Origin: Takakia lepidozioides
Taxonomy: Eukaryota > Plantae > Bryophyta
Reading direction: 5' to 3'
Assembly: GCA_030704615.1 (NCBI GenBank)
Contig: CM060731.1
Coordinates: 32,798,001-32,862,000 of the forward strand
Length of the DNA: 64,000 nt
The position numbers and the translations under genes are program-made. Below, one piece after another: positions 1 through 11,516 of the stretch; position 1 is the first letter of the stretch; each line of letters starts with the position of its first letter. The notes under the pieces are model-generated. The model worked only from the letters and a program-made list of their open reading frames with translations. It had not been told where the DNA came from and did no database searches.

Positions 1-329
1 TGGACACCACTAGGGATGTGGAATGCACGTTTGTGCATCAGTGCTTTCACACGACAAGGCGATGATTGTGTGTTATGTGTCACGTTCGTACTCACTATTA
101 CTGCCCTGGCTGTGATGGTAGCCACTTGTGCCTTGGGCCGTGTTGGAATGAGACACACCGACATGCCACGAGGTGACTGCAGCTAGGCCTTTCAGTGGTT
201 GCTTCTTCCTTGTGTGTGTGCATTGGTTGTGTGGATAGGGGTTCACTGCTGTGTTGGATTGCATTGCAGGCATGCTGACGTTGGCTGTGGATGGCGTGTG
301 TGCGTGGGGTGTGTTTCTCACTGATCTGT

Positions 330-575
330 GGTGGCTGTAGGGGTATTGGGGGTGTGCTGGTGTTGGTTGATGGGCAGTGGAGGTTTTTGGGGGTCATGGG
401 TGTGTGCTGCTGCTGTTGGTTCATGGGCAGTGGAGGCGTCTGGGGTCATGGGGGTGTGTTGCTATTGGTTCATGGGCAGTGCTGGTCATGTGGGGGTGTG
501 TTGCTGATGGTTCACAGGCTGTGGGGGTCATGTCGATCTGCTGCTGCTGGTTGAGGGGTTGTGGAGGTGATGGGG
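330..575. repeat. Degenerate G/T-rich tandem repeats, possibly a transposon subterminal region
   Basis: Recurring units such as GGGGTCATGGGGGTGTGTTGCTG...GGTTCATGGGCAGTG. ORFs across it are low-complexity only. Confidence 0.55.
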
Positions 576-794
576 GTCTTGGTGTATTTGACGTAGGAGC
601 GTTGTGTTTGGGTGGTTTCACACTTTTGGGGAAGAGAGAGGGGAGGGGGGGGGGCGGGGCAGCAGTGCAGCAGTGATGGTAGTGGTTCTGCTTTTTGGGG
701 TGATGCTTGCTGGCTTGGGGGGGGGGGAACTGTCTGCACAATGGGCAGATCGGGGGGTTCAACTCCCCCCCAGTTCTGGGATCATGATATTCAT

Positions 795-914
795 GGGGAA
801 CTTGTATTGCTGCATTGGGAGTAAAGCAGGTGCTCGCGGGGACCTTGTATCGCTGCATTGGGGTAACGCAGGAGCTCGCGGGGAGCTTGTATCGTTGCAC
901 TGGGGTAAAGCAAG
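795..914. repeat. Three-copy 42-43 bp tandem repeat
   Basis: Units of the type GGGGA(A/C/G)CTTGTAT(T/C)G(C/T)TGCA(T/C)TGGG-GTAA(A/C)GCAGG start at 795, 838 and 880; the third copy is partial. Confidence 0.85.
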
Positions 915-3900
915 TAGTTGGTAGTTGGTAGTTAGTTTTCAGACGCTTGTCAGGTGAAACGCCGAAACAGAGGGCTTCCCCAGGCCCTTCTTAGGGTTTC
1001 GCATTGGGGGTCCCCCGACATTTTGTCGCCAATCGGTGACGTAGCCCATTTTTTGTAGCCGGAAATGTCTACCGGCTCGGGCAATATTTGGCCTGAGCTG
1101 GGATTGAAGTAGAAATTCACAGAAACAGAAATCAGTGCTTCAATTTTTGCTGAAATTCTGAAATTCTTTTTGGAGGTGGTACTTCATCATTCAAGGGAGA
1201 CTTTCACCGCAACAATTGTGATTCCAAGGAAATTTGGCCCCCCTCAGCCTGAATTACATGTCATTTGAGCTTCATGGTGTGTTTTGACCCCCCTGTTTTC
1301 CTTTACAAAGCAACCTTGTGAAAATTTGGGAATTATGCTTTGGAATTTTGCCACAACATGCTTTAGGTGCCACATAATGGGAATCTGGATAGGGTTGTGA
1401 GGAATTTTTTTTTGTCGATCCACTTTCCTGGTCAAACCATTTTTCCACTGCAAATTTGGAGTGTATCCCAAATTTAGGACTTGCAAATTTCTTATAATCT
1501 TCCAAAATACACGAAATGAGCTGAAATTTTCATAGAAGCTGGATGAAGTAGGTAGCCTCCAATTCATACGGTTCATCCGTGTGGATGTTAGTTTCGTGAG
1601 AGATATACCCTCATCCATGAGGGTATGTCTTGTTTTGGAGGGGGCCCACCAAAAACTGCCTCGTCCATTAGGGGTTAAGGAGTACAAATGAGGACTTTTC
1701 TCAGCCACCCTAGCTTGCTTTCACCCACTTGAACCCTTCTTTGCTAGCCACCCACTTTCCTTTTACTATTTGCAGCCGTCCTGTGTATAGTGTAGTCTGT
1801 CCATAGAAACCCTAAAAATCCCTGAAAGATCTTTGCCTCGTACGGATTTTCAAGAATATCGATGTGTTGTATGTCTCAACGAGGAATTCGTGTCGACAGC
1901 TCGTTGGGATACGCAAGTGAAGTGGAATGGTGTCAGGCAAGTTAAGTAGAAATGCGCACTTGTGTAACTAAATTGCGACAGTGCGGCAAACGCGAAGGAA
2001 TCTACTGTACCACTACGTGGTGTCGCCATCCATCTTTCTCCTTCGTCTCCCTCCGCAGCCCTAGACGACCCTTCTCTTGATGTGAATCACCGCACTTGAT
2101 CCGCCGTCCTTGCAACTGCTGCACTGGAAAGCTTTGATCATCACCAACGCTGCGTGTGGTGTCTACAAGTTTAGTGGACGGGAGATGTGGCGTGAGAAGG
2201 AAAGCTTCACTTGAAGTTACTAGTTTCTTATGACCAAAAGGGCAAGATGATGACCAAGAATGTGCAATTTAGTTGATCTGCGCATTAAAATGAGTTGAAG
2301 GTGTTTTTGGCATCGTGTATTTTTGATATGCGACCAAGGGTGCCACCCATTGAAAGCTTTGAACTGGTGCTTCAGTCCTTGTTGCTCAACCGTTGCTGCC
2401 AGCTTCGTCCTTGCATCACAGGCACAAGGATGTCAGCGTGCTCTGGAGGCCTCCTGCGCGAGCGGGGGGAGGTCATATCCAAGGCACTGGCATCTCCTTG
2501 CGTGGAGAGGTCGGGCCGTGTAGCAGAGATTGGATGTCCATTTTGGGTACCCAACTTGGCGATACCTTGGGTAAGAGCAGAAGTACTGACGAGGGCAGAA
2601 GGTCGAGCACAATGGGGTGGCGGATGGATATCAGGTTATGGCTCTAATTGTGGTGTGAATGTCGGAGCCCTGTCGACATGTCAAGGTGGAAGTCCAGATT
2701 CTAGTAGGATGAAATATTGTGGTCGAACGACACAGTCTGGTCAAGCACGAGCTGTGGCGGAACGTGAGTAGCACCCTCAATCAGCCTGGCTTGAAGGGTG
2801 GTCTTGACCACCACAAGCTTCTTCAGTATCTTCTTCAACATATGTATTGGTATGTGTGTATGCTCTTTCTGTGCGTGACACACAGAAATAACACAGGGTA
2901 ACTTGCAGAATTTTAATCAACAGCTACAATCGTACTCCTCTACAGTGAGCAGAGCAAAGTTCTCATGTTTATGCAGCTATATGTATGCAGGTATAGCAAT
3001 GAGTGGCTCTGGGAGGATTTCCTCTCAGGTTCTTTACAGTGGTGGGGTAACATGTCTAAGAAGGTGAGGGCATCTTCGTGTAGGACCTAAAAGAGTTTGT
3101 CGGAGGCACAATCGAATTTGTGCATTGGTGGACTAGAGTGTACATAGAACAATGACAACTTTGCTTTTCGGCAGGGAAAGAGAACCGCTGTGTTGCTATC
3201 AGTAGCTTTATCTTCCTCAGTAGTAGCATTGGTCAAGGTTGATTCCAGTCGTCTGAAAGATGCTTGGTGATTGTAGCCTGGCGGCGGGAGTATTGCCTTT
3301 CCCTGTCTTTTCTCCTCGTCATGGCGGCTTCGTTTTGATCTCTGTGCGCTTCATTCCTGCTTCTCTCTCCTCTCTGGTGTTCTCTGCGTGGTTGGTTTTG
3401 GCCGGGTGTCCCCTATTGTCAGCTTGGTTTACTGCTGTGACTGCTTGCCCCCTCTGCTGACTCGACCTTGGCATTCTCCTCTCTTTTTGAGGCCTTTCAG
3501 GGTTGTGAACCCCCTGCACCCTCCAATTTCTCATCTTCTCCCTCTGTTTTGTCTCCCTAGCTCCCCTTCTCACCCGCTCTCCCTTTTCCCCGTGTCCTCT
3601 CCTTTCTCCTTGCTCTTCTCTTCTATGGCCTCCAGGGGCGAATCTTGTCGTATGGGCCGTAGGGGTGGTTCCGCTCGCAGCTCAAGGGTCCACGGCCGTC
3701 TGGGCTCCCAGGGTCTGTCCTCTGACTTCGCATCCCTTCCTACGGCAGGCCTCCTCGGTCACGGCCCTAGTGAACTGGATTCTCCAGCTCTTGATATTGA
3801 GGAGCTGTTTTGGAATCTCTCTGGCTGCAGGCTCTGCCCTCACGCCGCTCTTGGCCACTGCTACGTCCTCTTCACCTCTGCCCTTCTGGAGCCGTTCGAC

Positions 3901-3971
3901 GTTTTTCTTCCCCATCGAAGCCACCGGCAGGGTTGGATCAGGCACTTCCACCGTGAGAATTGCTTTTGCAG

Positions 3972-6900
3972 GAGGAGCAAGAGAGGTAGTTGACAAGAAT
4001 TCTTTTGACGGTTGTGGGGATGCGATAACACTATGTAAGGCAGGACAACTGAAAAAGGCTGTGCATAATTTGAACCTACAAGGCACTTCGGCAGGCTCCA
4101 ACACCTATCTTTGTCTCGTGCAGGAATGCATCAAACTCAAAGACCTACAAATGGGAAAGCAAGTGCATGCCCACATTATCAAAAGCAGATTCAAGCCCAA
4201 CATCTTTCTACTCAACTCCCTTGTCAAGATGTATGCCAAGTGCGGGAGTTTGGTGGATGCACGCCACGCGTTTGAAAACATGACTGAACGAGATGTGTAT
4301 ACATGGACTATAACGATAACAGGATATATGAACAATGGGTGCGGTAGAGAAGCTATTGAGATCTATCAGCGAATGGTATGGGAAGGGGTGGTGCCCAACA
4401 ACATCACGTTCATTTGTGTTCTCAAAGTCTGTGCCAGCCTAGGAGCCCTGGAAAAGGGCAAAGAGGTTCATGCGGAGATCATTAAAGCTGGCATCGTGCC
4501 TGATCTCATTCTGGGCACTGCCCTTGCCACTATGTATGCCAAATGCGGGAGCATAAGAGAAGCACGACAAGTGTTTGACAATATGGCAAAACGAGATGTT
4601 GTCTCATGGAATGCCATGATCACAGGATATACTCAGCATGGGTGTGGTAGGGAGGCTATTGCGATGTATGGGCAAATGCAACAGGAAGGGGTGAGACCGG
4701 ACAAGGTCACAGCCATATGCGTTCTCAATGCATGTGCCAGCCTGGCAGCTCTGGAAAAGGGCAAAGAGGTCCATGCTGACATCATCAAAGCTAGAATTTT
4801 GCCAGATATCGTTCTGGAAACTACCCTTGTTGATATGTATGCCAAATGTGGGAACATGAAGGATGCACGGCGAGTGTTTGACAATATGGCACAACAAGAT
4901 GTGATTTCCTGGAGTGCAATGATTGCAGGATATAGTCAGCATGGGTGTGGTAGGGAGGCTCTTGAGATGTACGAGCAAATGATACGGGAAGGTGTGAGAC
5001 CCAACAAGGTCACATTCATTTCTGTTCTCAATGCATGTGCCAACCTGGCAGCCCTAGAAAAGGGCAAAGAGGTCCATGTAGAGGTCATGAAAGCTGGAAT
5101 TGTGAAAGATATTGTTCTGGAGACTGCCGTTGTTGACATGTATGCCAAAATGCGGGAGCATGAAGGATGCGCATCAAGTGTTTGGCAATATGGCTCAACA
5201 AGATGTGGTCTCCTGGAGTGCAATGATAGCAGGATATGCTCAGCATGGGTGTGGTTTGGAGGCTCTCGAGATGTACGAGCAAATGATACAGGAAGGGGTG
5301 ATGTCCAACAAGGTCACATTCAGTTGCGTTCTCAAATCGTGTGCCAGCTTATGATCCTTGGAAAAGGGGAAGGAGGTCCATGCAGAGGTCATGAGAGCTG
5401 GAATTGTTAAAGATATCATTCTGGAGACTGCCATTGTTGACATGTATGCCAAATGTGGGAGCCTGAAGGATGCGCGTCAAGTGTTTGGCATTATGGCTAA
5501 ACAAGATGTGGTCTCCTGGAGTGTAATGATAGCAGGATATGTACAGCATGGGTGTGGTAGGGAGGCTCTTGAGATGTATGATCAAATGATACAGGAAGGG
5601 GTGAGACCCAACGAAGTCACATTCAGTTGCATTCTTAATGCATGTGCCAGCATGCGATCCCTGGAAAAGGGAAAGGAGGTCCATGAAGCGATCATAAAAG
5701 CTGGAATTGAGAACAATATTGTTCTCGAGACTGCCCTTGTTGACATGTATGCCACATGCGGGAGCATGAAGGATGCCCAGGAAGCATTTGATCATATGGC
5801 AAAGAAAAATGTTGTATCATGGAATGTGGTGATGGCAGGATATGCTCAACATGAACGTGGTAGGGAGGCTTTCAAGATGTACGAGCAAATGAGCTGGGAA
5901 GGGGTGACACCAGACAAGATCACATTCATTTGTGCTCTAAATTTGTGTGCTGCCTCGGCAGCCTTGGAAAAGGGCAGAGACGTCCATCACAACATCATCA
6001 AAGCTGGGATTGTGAAAGATGTAATTCTGGAGACTACCCTTTTTAACATGTATGCCAAATGTGGGAACATGAAGGAAGCACATGAAGTGTTTGACAGTAT
6101 GGCTGAACAGGATGTGGTCTCGTGGAATGCCATGATAACAGGATATGCTTAGGCCGGGTATGGTAGGGAGGCATTCAAAATGTATGAGCAAATGCCCGAC
6201 AATGTTACATTCAGTAGTGTTCTTAATGCATGTGCCAGTCTGGCAGCTCTGCAAAAAAGCAGAGAGGTTCATGCTGACATCATCAAAACTGGAATTGAGC
6301 AAGATATCATTGTGGAGACGGCATTGGTTGACATGTATTCCAAATGCGGAAGCATGAAGGATGCGCGTCAAGTATTCGACAATATGGCAGAACAAAATGT
6401 GGTCTCATGGACTGCAATGATAGCAGGATATGGTAGGCATGGCTGTGGTAGGGAGTTCTTCAACTGTTTGGAGAGATGCAACAGGATGGATCGAAGCCAA
6501 ATGGCATCACCTTCATATGTGTTCTCTCTGCATGTAGTATAGTGACAGCCTTCATCCACCAGACCAACATAGCAGAGAGAACATAGGTCTGGTGGATGAA
6601 GGCTGTCACTATTTTGATTCCATGTGTGAAGATTATGGCCTCACTCCAACACTCTAGCATTTTGGCTGCATGGTGGACCTTCTTGGGCGCGCAGGGCGAG
6701 TGGATGAGGCAGAGGAGTTCATTAACAAAATGCCAATCCAACCAGGTGCAACAACATGGGGGTCCTTACTTGGTGCCTGCAGAATTCATGGAAATGTGGG
6801 ATAGCAGAACGTGCAGCAAAATGCCTTCTCAAGTGCATGCGCAAGATGCGGCAGCTTACATGCTGCTGTTAAACATCTATGCAGCTGCTGGCAGGTGGGA

Positions 6901-7030
6901 CGATACAGCAAAGGTGAGAAAAATGATGGAGGACAAAAGCTGTCAGAAAGGAACTAGGGTGCAGCTTCATTGAGGTGGACAGCCAGGTGCACACATTTGT
7001 TGTGGAAGACAAATTGCATCCAGAGGAGAG
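3972..7030 (+). pseudogene. PLS-class PPR protein pseudogene (P-L-S array plus E domain; DYW absent or truncated)
   Basis: About 8 P-L-S triplets (LVDMYAKCG / DVVSWNAMIAGY / PNKVTFISVLNACASLAALEKGKEVH). TTTTGCAG acceptor at 3971. Lesions: +1 frameshift near 5150 (GCCAAAATGC), TGA at 5352, TAG at 6150, and deletions/frameshifts after 6190. E motif (AAAYMLLLNIYAAAGRW) and PG-box remnant lie near 6850-7000; similarity stops at about 7030. Confidence 0.93.
6539..6612. repeat. Perfect 27-bp inverted repeat with 20-nt spacer (inverted templated insertion in the PPR)
   Basis: ATAGTGACAGCCTTCATCCACCAGACC (6539-6565) is the reverse complement of GGTCTGGTGGATGAAGGCTGTCACTAT (6586-6612). Confidence 0.95.
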
Positions 7031-7039
7031 GAAAAGGAT

Positions 7040-8390
7040 CTCTTGATAGCCAAACTTTTGCCATCCACAGCTCTCACAAAAACAATCCCATAACCTCCAT
7101 AACCTATCTCGTGGGACTCGCTCAAAGAACCCATGGAAGGGACAGGAGAAATACAGGCAGAAGATGGAGTTATTATGTCGGTCGAATGCCCAGTGGGAGA
7201 CATTATGTGTGTAGAATAAACTCCCGAATTGAGCCGATAAAGTGTTGAAAACCTGTGGGTGAAGTAACCTATGGTCCTGTGTAGGGTTGAGGGCTTACTG
7301 TCGAGGCATCATCCCTGGTGAGTGAGGGGCTAGATGTCACCATGGGTTTCTTGGCCTTGATACAAACCATTAGTTCGGGCTTTCCAGCTATCCTCTAGGA
7401 AGCCCTTCACACAAGCATCAATCTGCTGTGTGTGATTTGCCCAAAAACTAGGCCTCAGAAGGGCCCGGGCTTTTGGCTCAGCCTCGAGACTTTCAAAGTT
7501 GGTAAACAGAGGTACAGGCACAATTCTCTTGATAGATTGGAGGAGAGCTTCTCTCTGGTGAGAGTACCCTGGACAGTGAATCAGAAAATGAATATTGTCT
7601 TCGGGTTGCCCACACAACGGGCAATTGCACTCTCCCTTTCCTCTCCTCTCTGCTTCTGTTTACTGTTCAAAGGTCGGCTTCCTGCCCTGAGTTTAAAAAT
7701 TTCAATTTGGTGCCGAGAGTGAGTAGACTCTTGAGGTCACCATGATATCCTCCCCCATGTCACAGACTGGAAACAGGTTCAGGGAAGTTTTTTGCCTGAC
7801 TTCATTTGCATCAGACAATTTACTGGTGACAGACATGGCTTTGGACACTACAGTCTCTAAGTCAGATTTATCCAGCAAAGTCAAGACTTGCAGGTCCAGA
7901 TTCAGATCCTTGAGAATCTCTTCTACTCTCTTCTGCCAGGACTTAGCCTGTTTGACAGGGCGGTCCTGTTTCCAAGATATAGAGTCACCTTCAAAATCAA
8001 AGCATCAAGATGTTCAATCTTTGTATGTATATCCTCAAGGAGTTGATTAACGACCCAAGAACTTTTTGGTTTGCAGCGAAATTGCAAAGCAGAAACCTTC
8101 AAAATCAAAGCATCAAGCCGTTCAATCTTTGTATACCTCCGGTCCCAAGCCTTTCAATGAGCTATGTAAAAGTCACTTAGGCCTGTGGCATGGAGATCTA
8201 CCCAACCCTCACCTGTGCCCAGTCGGGTTGAAACAGATTGCAGGCACAGCTCCGCCTCGCAATTTTATCGCAAATGATAAGGCTGGCCCACTGTACAAAT
8301 CGATCCAAGTGCTTGCAAAATGCGACAGCTCCGCACATGGATCATAAGATTCCTCCATACATAATTAGAACTGATTTAATCATCTCTCCT
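7040..8390 (-). mobile_element. Degenerate non-LTR retrotransposon 3' part (post-RT region, C-terminal CCHC finger, 3' UTR), RTE-X-like
   Basis: Minus-strand frames read ...KSVLIMYGGIL...KSWQKRVEEILKDLNL...ECNCPLCGQPEDNIHFLIHCPGYSHQREALL (ORF 7330-7617), with many stops and frameshifts. There is an internal ~40-bp direct duplication at about 7987 and 8096. Confidence 0.75.
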
Positions 8391-9338
8391 TTCTTTGCTC
8401 TGAGTGTGGGGGTGCAGGGGTAGGGAGTGGCTTGGCAGATTTCTTGTCTGCGATGTATTGCGCTTTGTCCTCCCAATAGCGCTCAAACGCACGTGGAAGA
8501 AACATGGGAATTAGGAAACCGAAGAGGTTGACACTGAAGTAAACCGTGTTGGCAATAGCCAAGCTTCTGCCAAACGACAGCCATGCTGTATTCTGCAAAC
8601 ACCAACATCAAGCAAGGTCAGCAACAATCCCATACGACATTCCGCCATTCCCAGCAACTCCTTCCCAAGTGAATCAAAAAAGTCCCTATTCCTCTTTAAC
8701 ACACCACATGCGCAGACACGACGAGTTACGATAAAGGGGGACAGTCGCACCTGAAGACTGGCGTTGGGGTAACTAACTGAACGGGAGAAGACTTCTTGCG
8801 TCCAATCGGCTAGTAGAAAGAGGCGGCGCACACTGTAGAAGATGGGCAGCAATACTCTCACTGGTAGAGAGAAAATTTGCAAGCCAATGATCAGATTCTC
8901 ACTCAAAATCTGGAATGACAGAAGAAATAAATGGGGAACGGCCGCACGCACAGACTGCTGATCGCCTCTCGCAAATCCACCGAGCACATACCCTAAAGGC
9001 AAGAAGAGGCCAACAGCGGTACCCACTATCACATAACCCTGGAACCACCGATTTCCCTTGAAGACTTCATTCGCCTTGCTTGATCCATACTGAGGAAACA
9101 CTAAACTAGAAAGAAGGAATATATAGATTGAAATGAAGATAGGAAATACAAGAAGGCCGATGGGCACCATCCCACTTGCGGAAAACACCACAATGAAAGC
9201 CAGCAGCTGTAGGTCCACTACCCGCAGCGATCCCATAACACCTCCAAGCATTCCCGCATCACTTGCCCTGCCGTTGTACATCCTATCTGCTTTGCCAGTG
9301 TCAGGTCTTCTTCCCGCTGCCAACGTAGCCCCTGACAT
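8380..9338 (-). CDS. Conserved plant multi-pass membrane protein of unknown function; 2 exons (9338-8751, 8592-8380), ~266 aa
   Basis: Motifs GGVMGSLRVVDLQLLAFIVVFSASGMVP, YVLGGFARGD and FLIPMFLPRAFERY match a land-plant family I recall from Arabidopsis At5g52420. A phase-0 GT-AG intron (8750-8593) joins ORFs 8511..9338 and 8380..8598. Confidence 0.85.
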
Positions 9339-10199
9339 CCTGCCTGCAGCTCTACTACCTCTCCAAATGCGGCTCCCTCCTCCGAGTCCACTTTCCCTGG
9401 ACGCAGATCTTCCCTTGACACTCGATTCTGCCCGTGATTCTTTCTAATCGTTTCAATGCGTCCACAATCTCCACTGCCGACGATGACAGGTGCTGCTTAG
9501 TTCCGATTCTCCTTTCAGACCTCACTTGGTTGGTACTACTCTTGAGGGACTGAGAGAGAAGGTGAGAGAGCAGGGGTAATGAGAGCAATGTGGGTTTTCC
9601 TTCCTCACTCTGCAGCTGTGCACACAGAGGGAGAGACATTGTGTTGAGAACCTTGCTAGGTTAAGGCAGCAACTCATCAGTCAAGAAGCGCGGAGAAGAC
9701 TTTGACTACGTGTTGTTGAGATTCCAAAACACATGTGCGAACTATTCACCGTTGATGATGACATCACCATTTTCCAATTTTATTTCATATCTTACTTCCT
9801 AATCCTCATCGTTTCATCCAAGCACCATCTAAACTCCATCACAAGTGAGCGGCGCTATTTATCAACAGCAGACTTCTCACGGCTCTGCTGTCGCCGTCAA
9901 CATCAAGTCCGATAATTTCTTCCTTTCTCAGCCGCCACCCCTGCTTCAAGTCCATCCTCCATCGGAGCTCCTCCAGGCTCTCCCCAGGACTCGCAGCAGG
10001 CTCCAATGCTGGACACAACTGCGAAGGTGGTTAACGGCATGCAGGGCCAGGTTCTTTCCCACCCTTCCCCTTGCTTCATTTTCTACACTGACAAGAGATT
10101 TTCAAAACGTTGTTGGCTGCTTTGCTGCAGGAACTCCCCCAAAAACTCCACCCGCAAAGAGCTCCCCTCAATCTCTCTCCCATCTTCTATTACCCTACC

Positions 10200-11440
10200 T
10201 TACACCTTTGTGAGCATACAAGTTATGGACAACTCTCCACATTTTTCCCTTGATTCCGCAAGCCATAGACCATCTCTCCACACTGTGTCATAAGCCTTTT
10301 GGACATCCGAGAAAAAACCATAAGTGGGTTTCCCTTCTTTTTTCCTTCCCTGGATAATCTGGCTTAGAGTGAAGATATGGTCCACACAGCCCCTGTTTCG
10401 CCGAAAGCCAGCTTGGCCTTCGTGAAAACAACCTCTAGATTCCAGATCAACCTCGAGACGAGTACTTATAACTCTGCAAAATATCTTGCCAACAGCATTG
10501 AGGAGCGTGATGCCACGATAGTTCCCCGGGTCTTCTCTGTCACCCTTCTTATATAGATTGACAATGACCCCCTGGCGCCAGCGAAAGGGGATCATTTCAG
10601 TCTTCCAGATAAGGTTAAAGAGGAGAACTAGGGCCTCTATCATGGGATCGCCACCGTGCTTGATAAGCTCGTTGACTATGCCACCAGGACCACCTGCTTT
10701 ATATCCATTTAGATGTTCAATTGCTTCCACAATCTCAGAAGAACTAATGGGAGCGTTGTAGGCTTTTGAAATATACTCCAGTTTATCAGGGCTGTTTTGA
10801 ATCATAGGGACAGTTTTACCAACTGTGTCCTTCCATTCATCAGAGGACCCCTCACTGTTAGACCTAGAAGTTCTGCCAAGGATACTGTAGTGGGTTTCAA
10901 AGGTTTTGACAATGTCAACCGATGAAGTTACCACTGCACCCTTAGTAGTCTTCAGCGCTTGTACTTGCTGACAGCTTTTCGGCTTGTACAAGCGTTGAAG
11001 GGCCAACCAGAATCTCTTGTCATTACCACCATGGTGGTTTGAGTTTATTTCACTGTATAACTTGTCCCAGTATAATTTCTTCTGAGCCCTTACAAGCAGA
11101 TTGATATCTTTACAGATCTGGTAGTACCTCGCCCACAATTCTTTGTTGGTTTTCAAATTGCAGCACTCTTTATAAAGGACTCGTCTCTCAGCTATCTTGA
11201 GTTTAATCTCATTGGTCCACCAATTAACAGCACTACCGCAGACAATTAGTTTCCTCCCAATGATCTTGTCAGCCGCAGAGGAGACGAAACTCTCCCAAGA
11301 ATCCACTGCTCTTTCGGCTTCATTTCTTGCATTGTAAGCGCGAGACTGAAGGTCTTGGAGTGAATGGACAAAATGAGGAAGAGCCTCTTGCAAGGCCTGG
11401 ACATACTCAGCCTTGACCTCTTCATTATGGAATTTTTCTG
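10200..11440 (-). mobile_element. LINE ORF2 fragment (pre-RT region and N-terminal half of reverse transcriptase), RTE-X-like
   Basis: ORF 10200..11687 contains KGDREDPGNYRGITLL, EGQAGFRRNRGCVDHIF and DVQKAYDTVWRDGLW. It ends before the QG and YADD motifs. The 5' side abuts a GA-rich microsatellite (11442-11470). Confidence 0.9.
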
Positions 11441-11516
11441 TGAGAGAGAGACAGAGACAGAGACAGAGAGCTGTATAACATTGGAGAGTGCTGAAAGTTC
11501 CACATGGGGCAAGCAG

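Noticed and set aside
950-3260. ORFs 1244..1708, 2295..2771 and neighbours as genes
   Set aside because: No recognisable domains or splice structure. Probably decayed repeat DNA, but the family is not identifiable by eye.
3388-3971. N-terminal extension of the PPR ORF (3665 GTG start) and overlapping ORF 3388..3993
   Set aside because: No in-frame ATG for the PPR frame, and a good splice acceptor sits at 3971. The upstream pyrimidine-rich DNA looks like unrelated, possibly TE-derived, sequence that I cannot classify.
5140-6152. In-frame stops in the PPR (TGA 5352, TAG 6150) as targets of U-to-C editing or readthrough
   Set aside because: This is a nuclear gene and it also carries frameshifts and deletions; ordinary pseudogenisation explains the stops.
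7030-7115. Kinase-like motif EIGYGGYGIVF..DGKSLAIKR in minus-strand ORF 6967..7203
   Set aside because: Only ~25 residues with no other kinase subdomains. It lies at the LINE 3' end / PPR junction and is most simply LINE terminal sequence.
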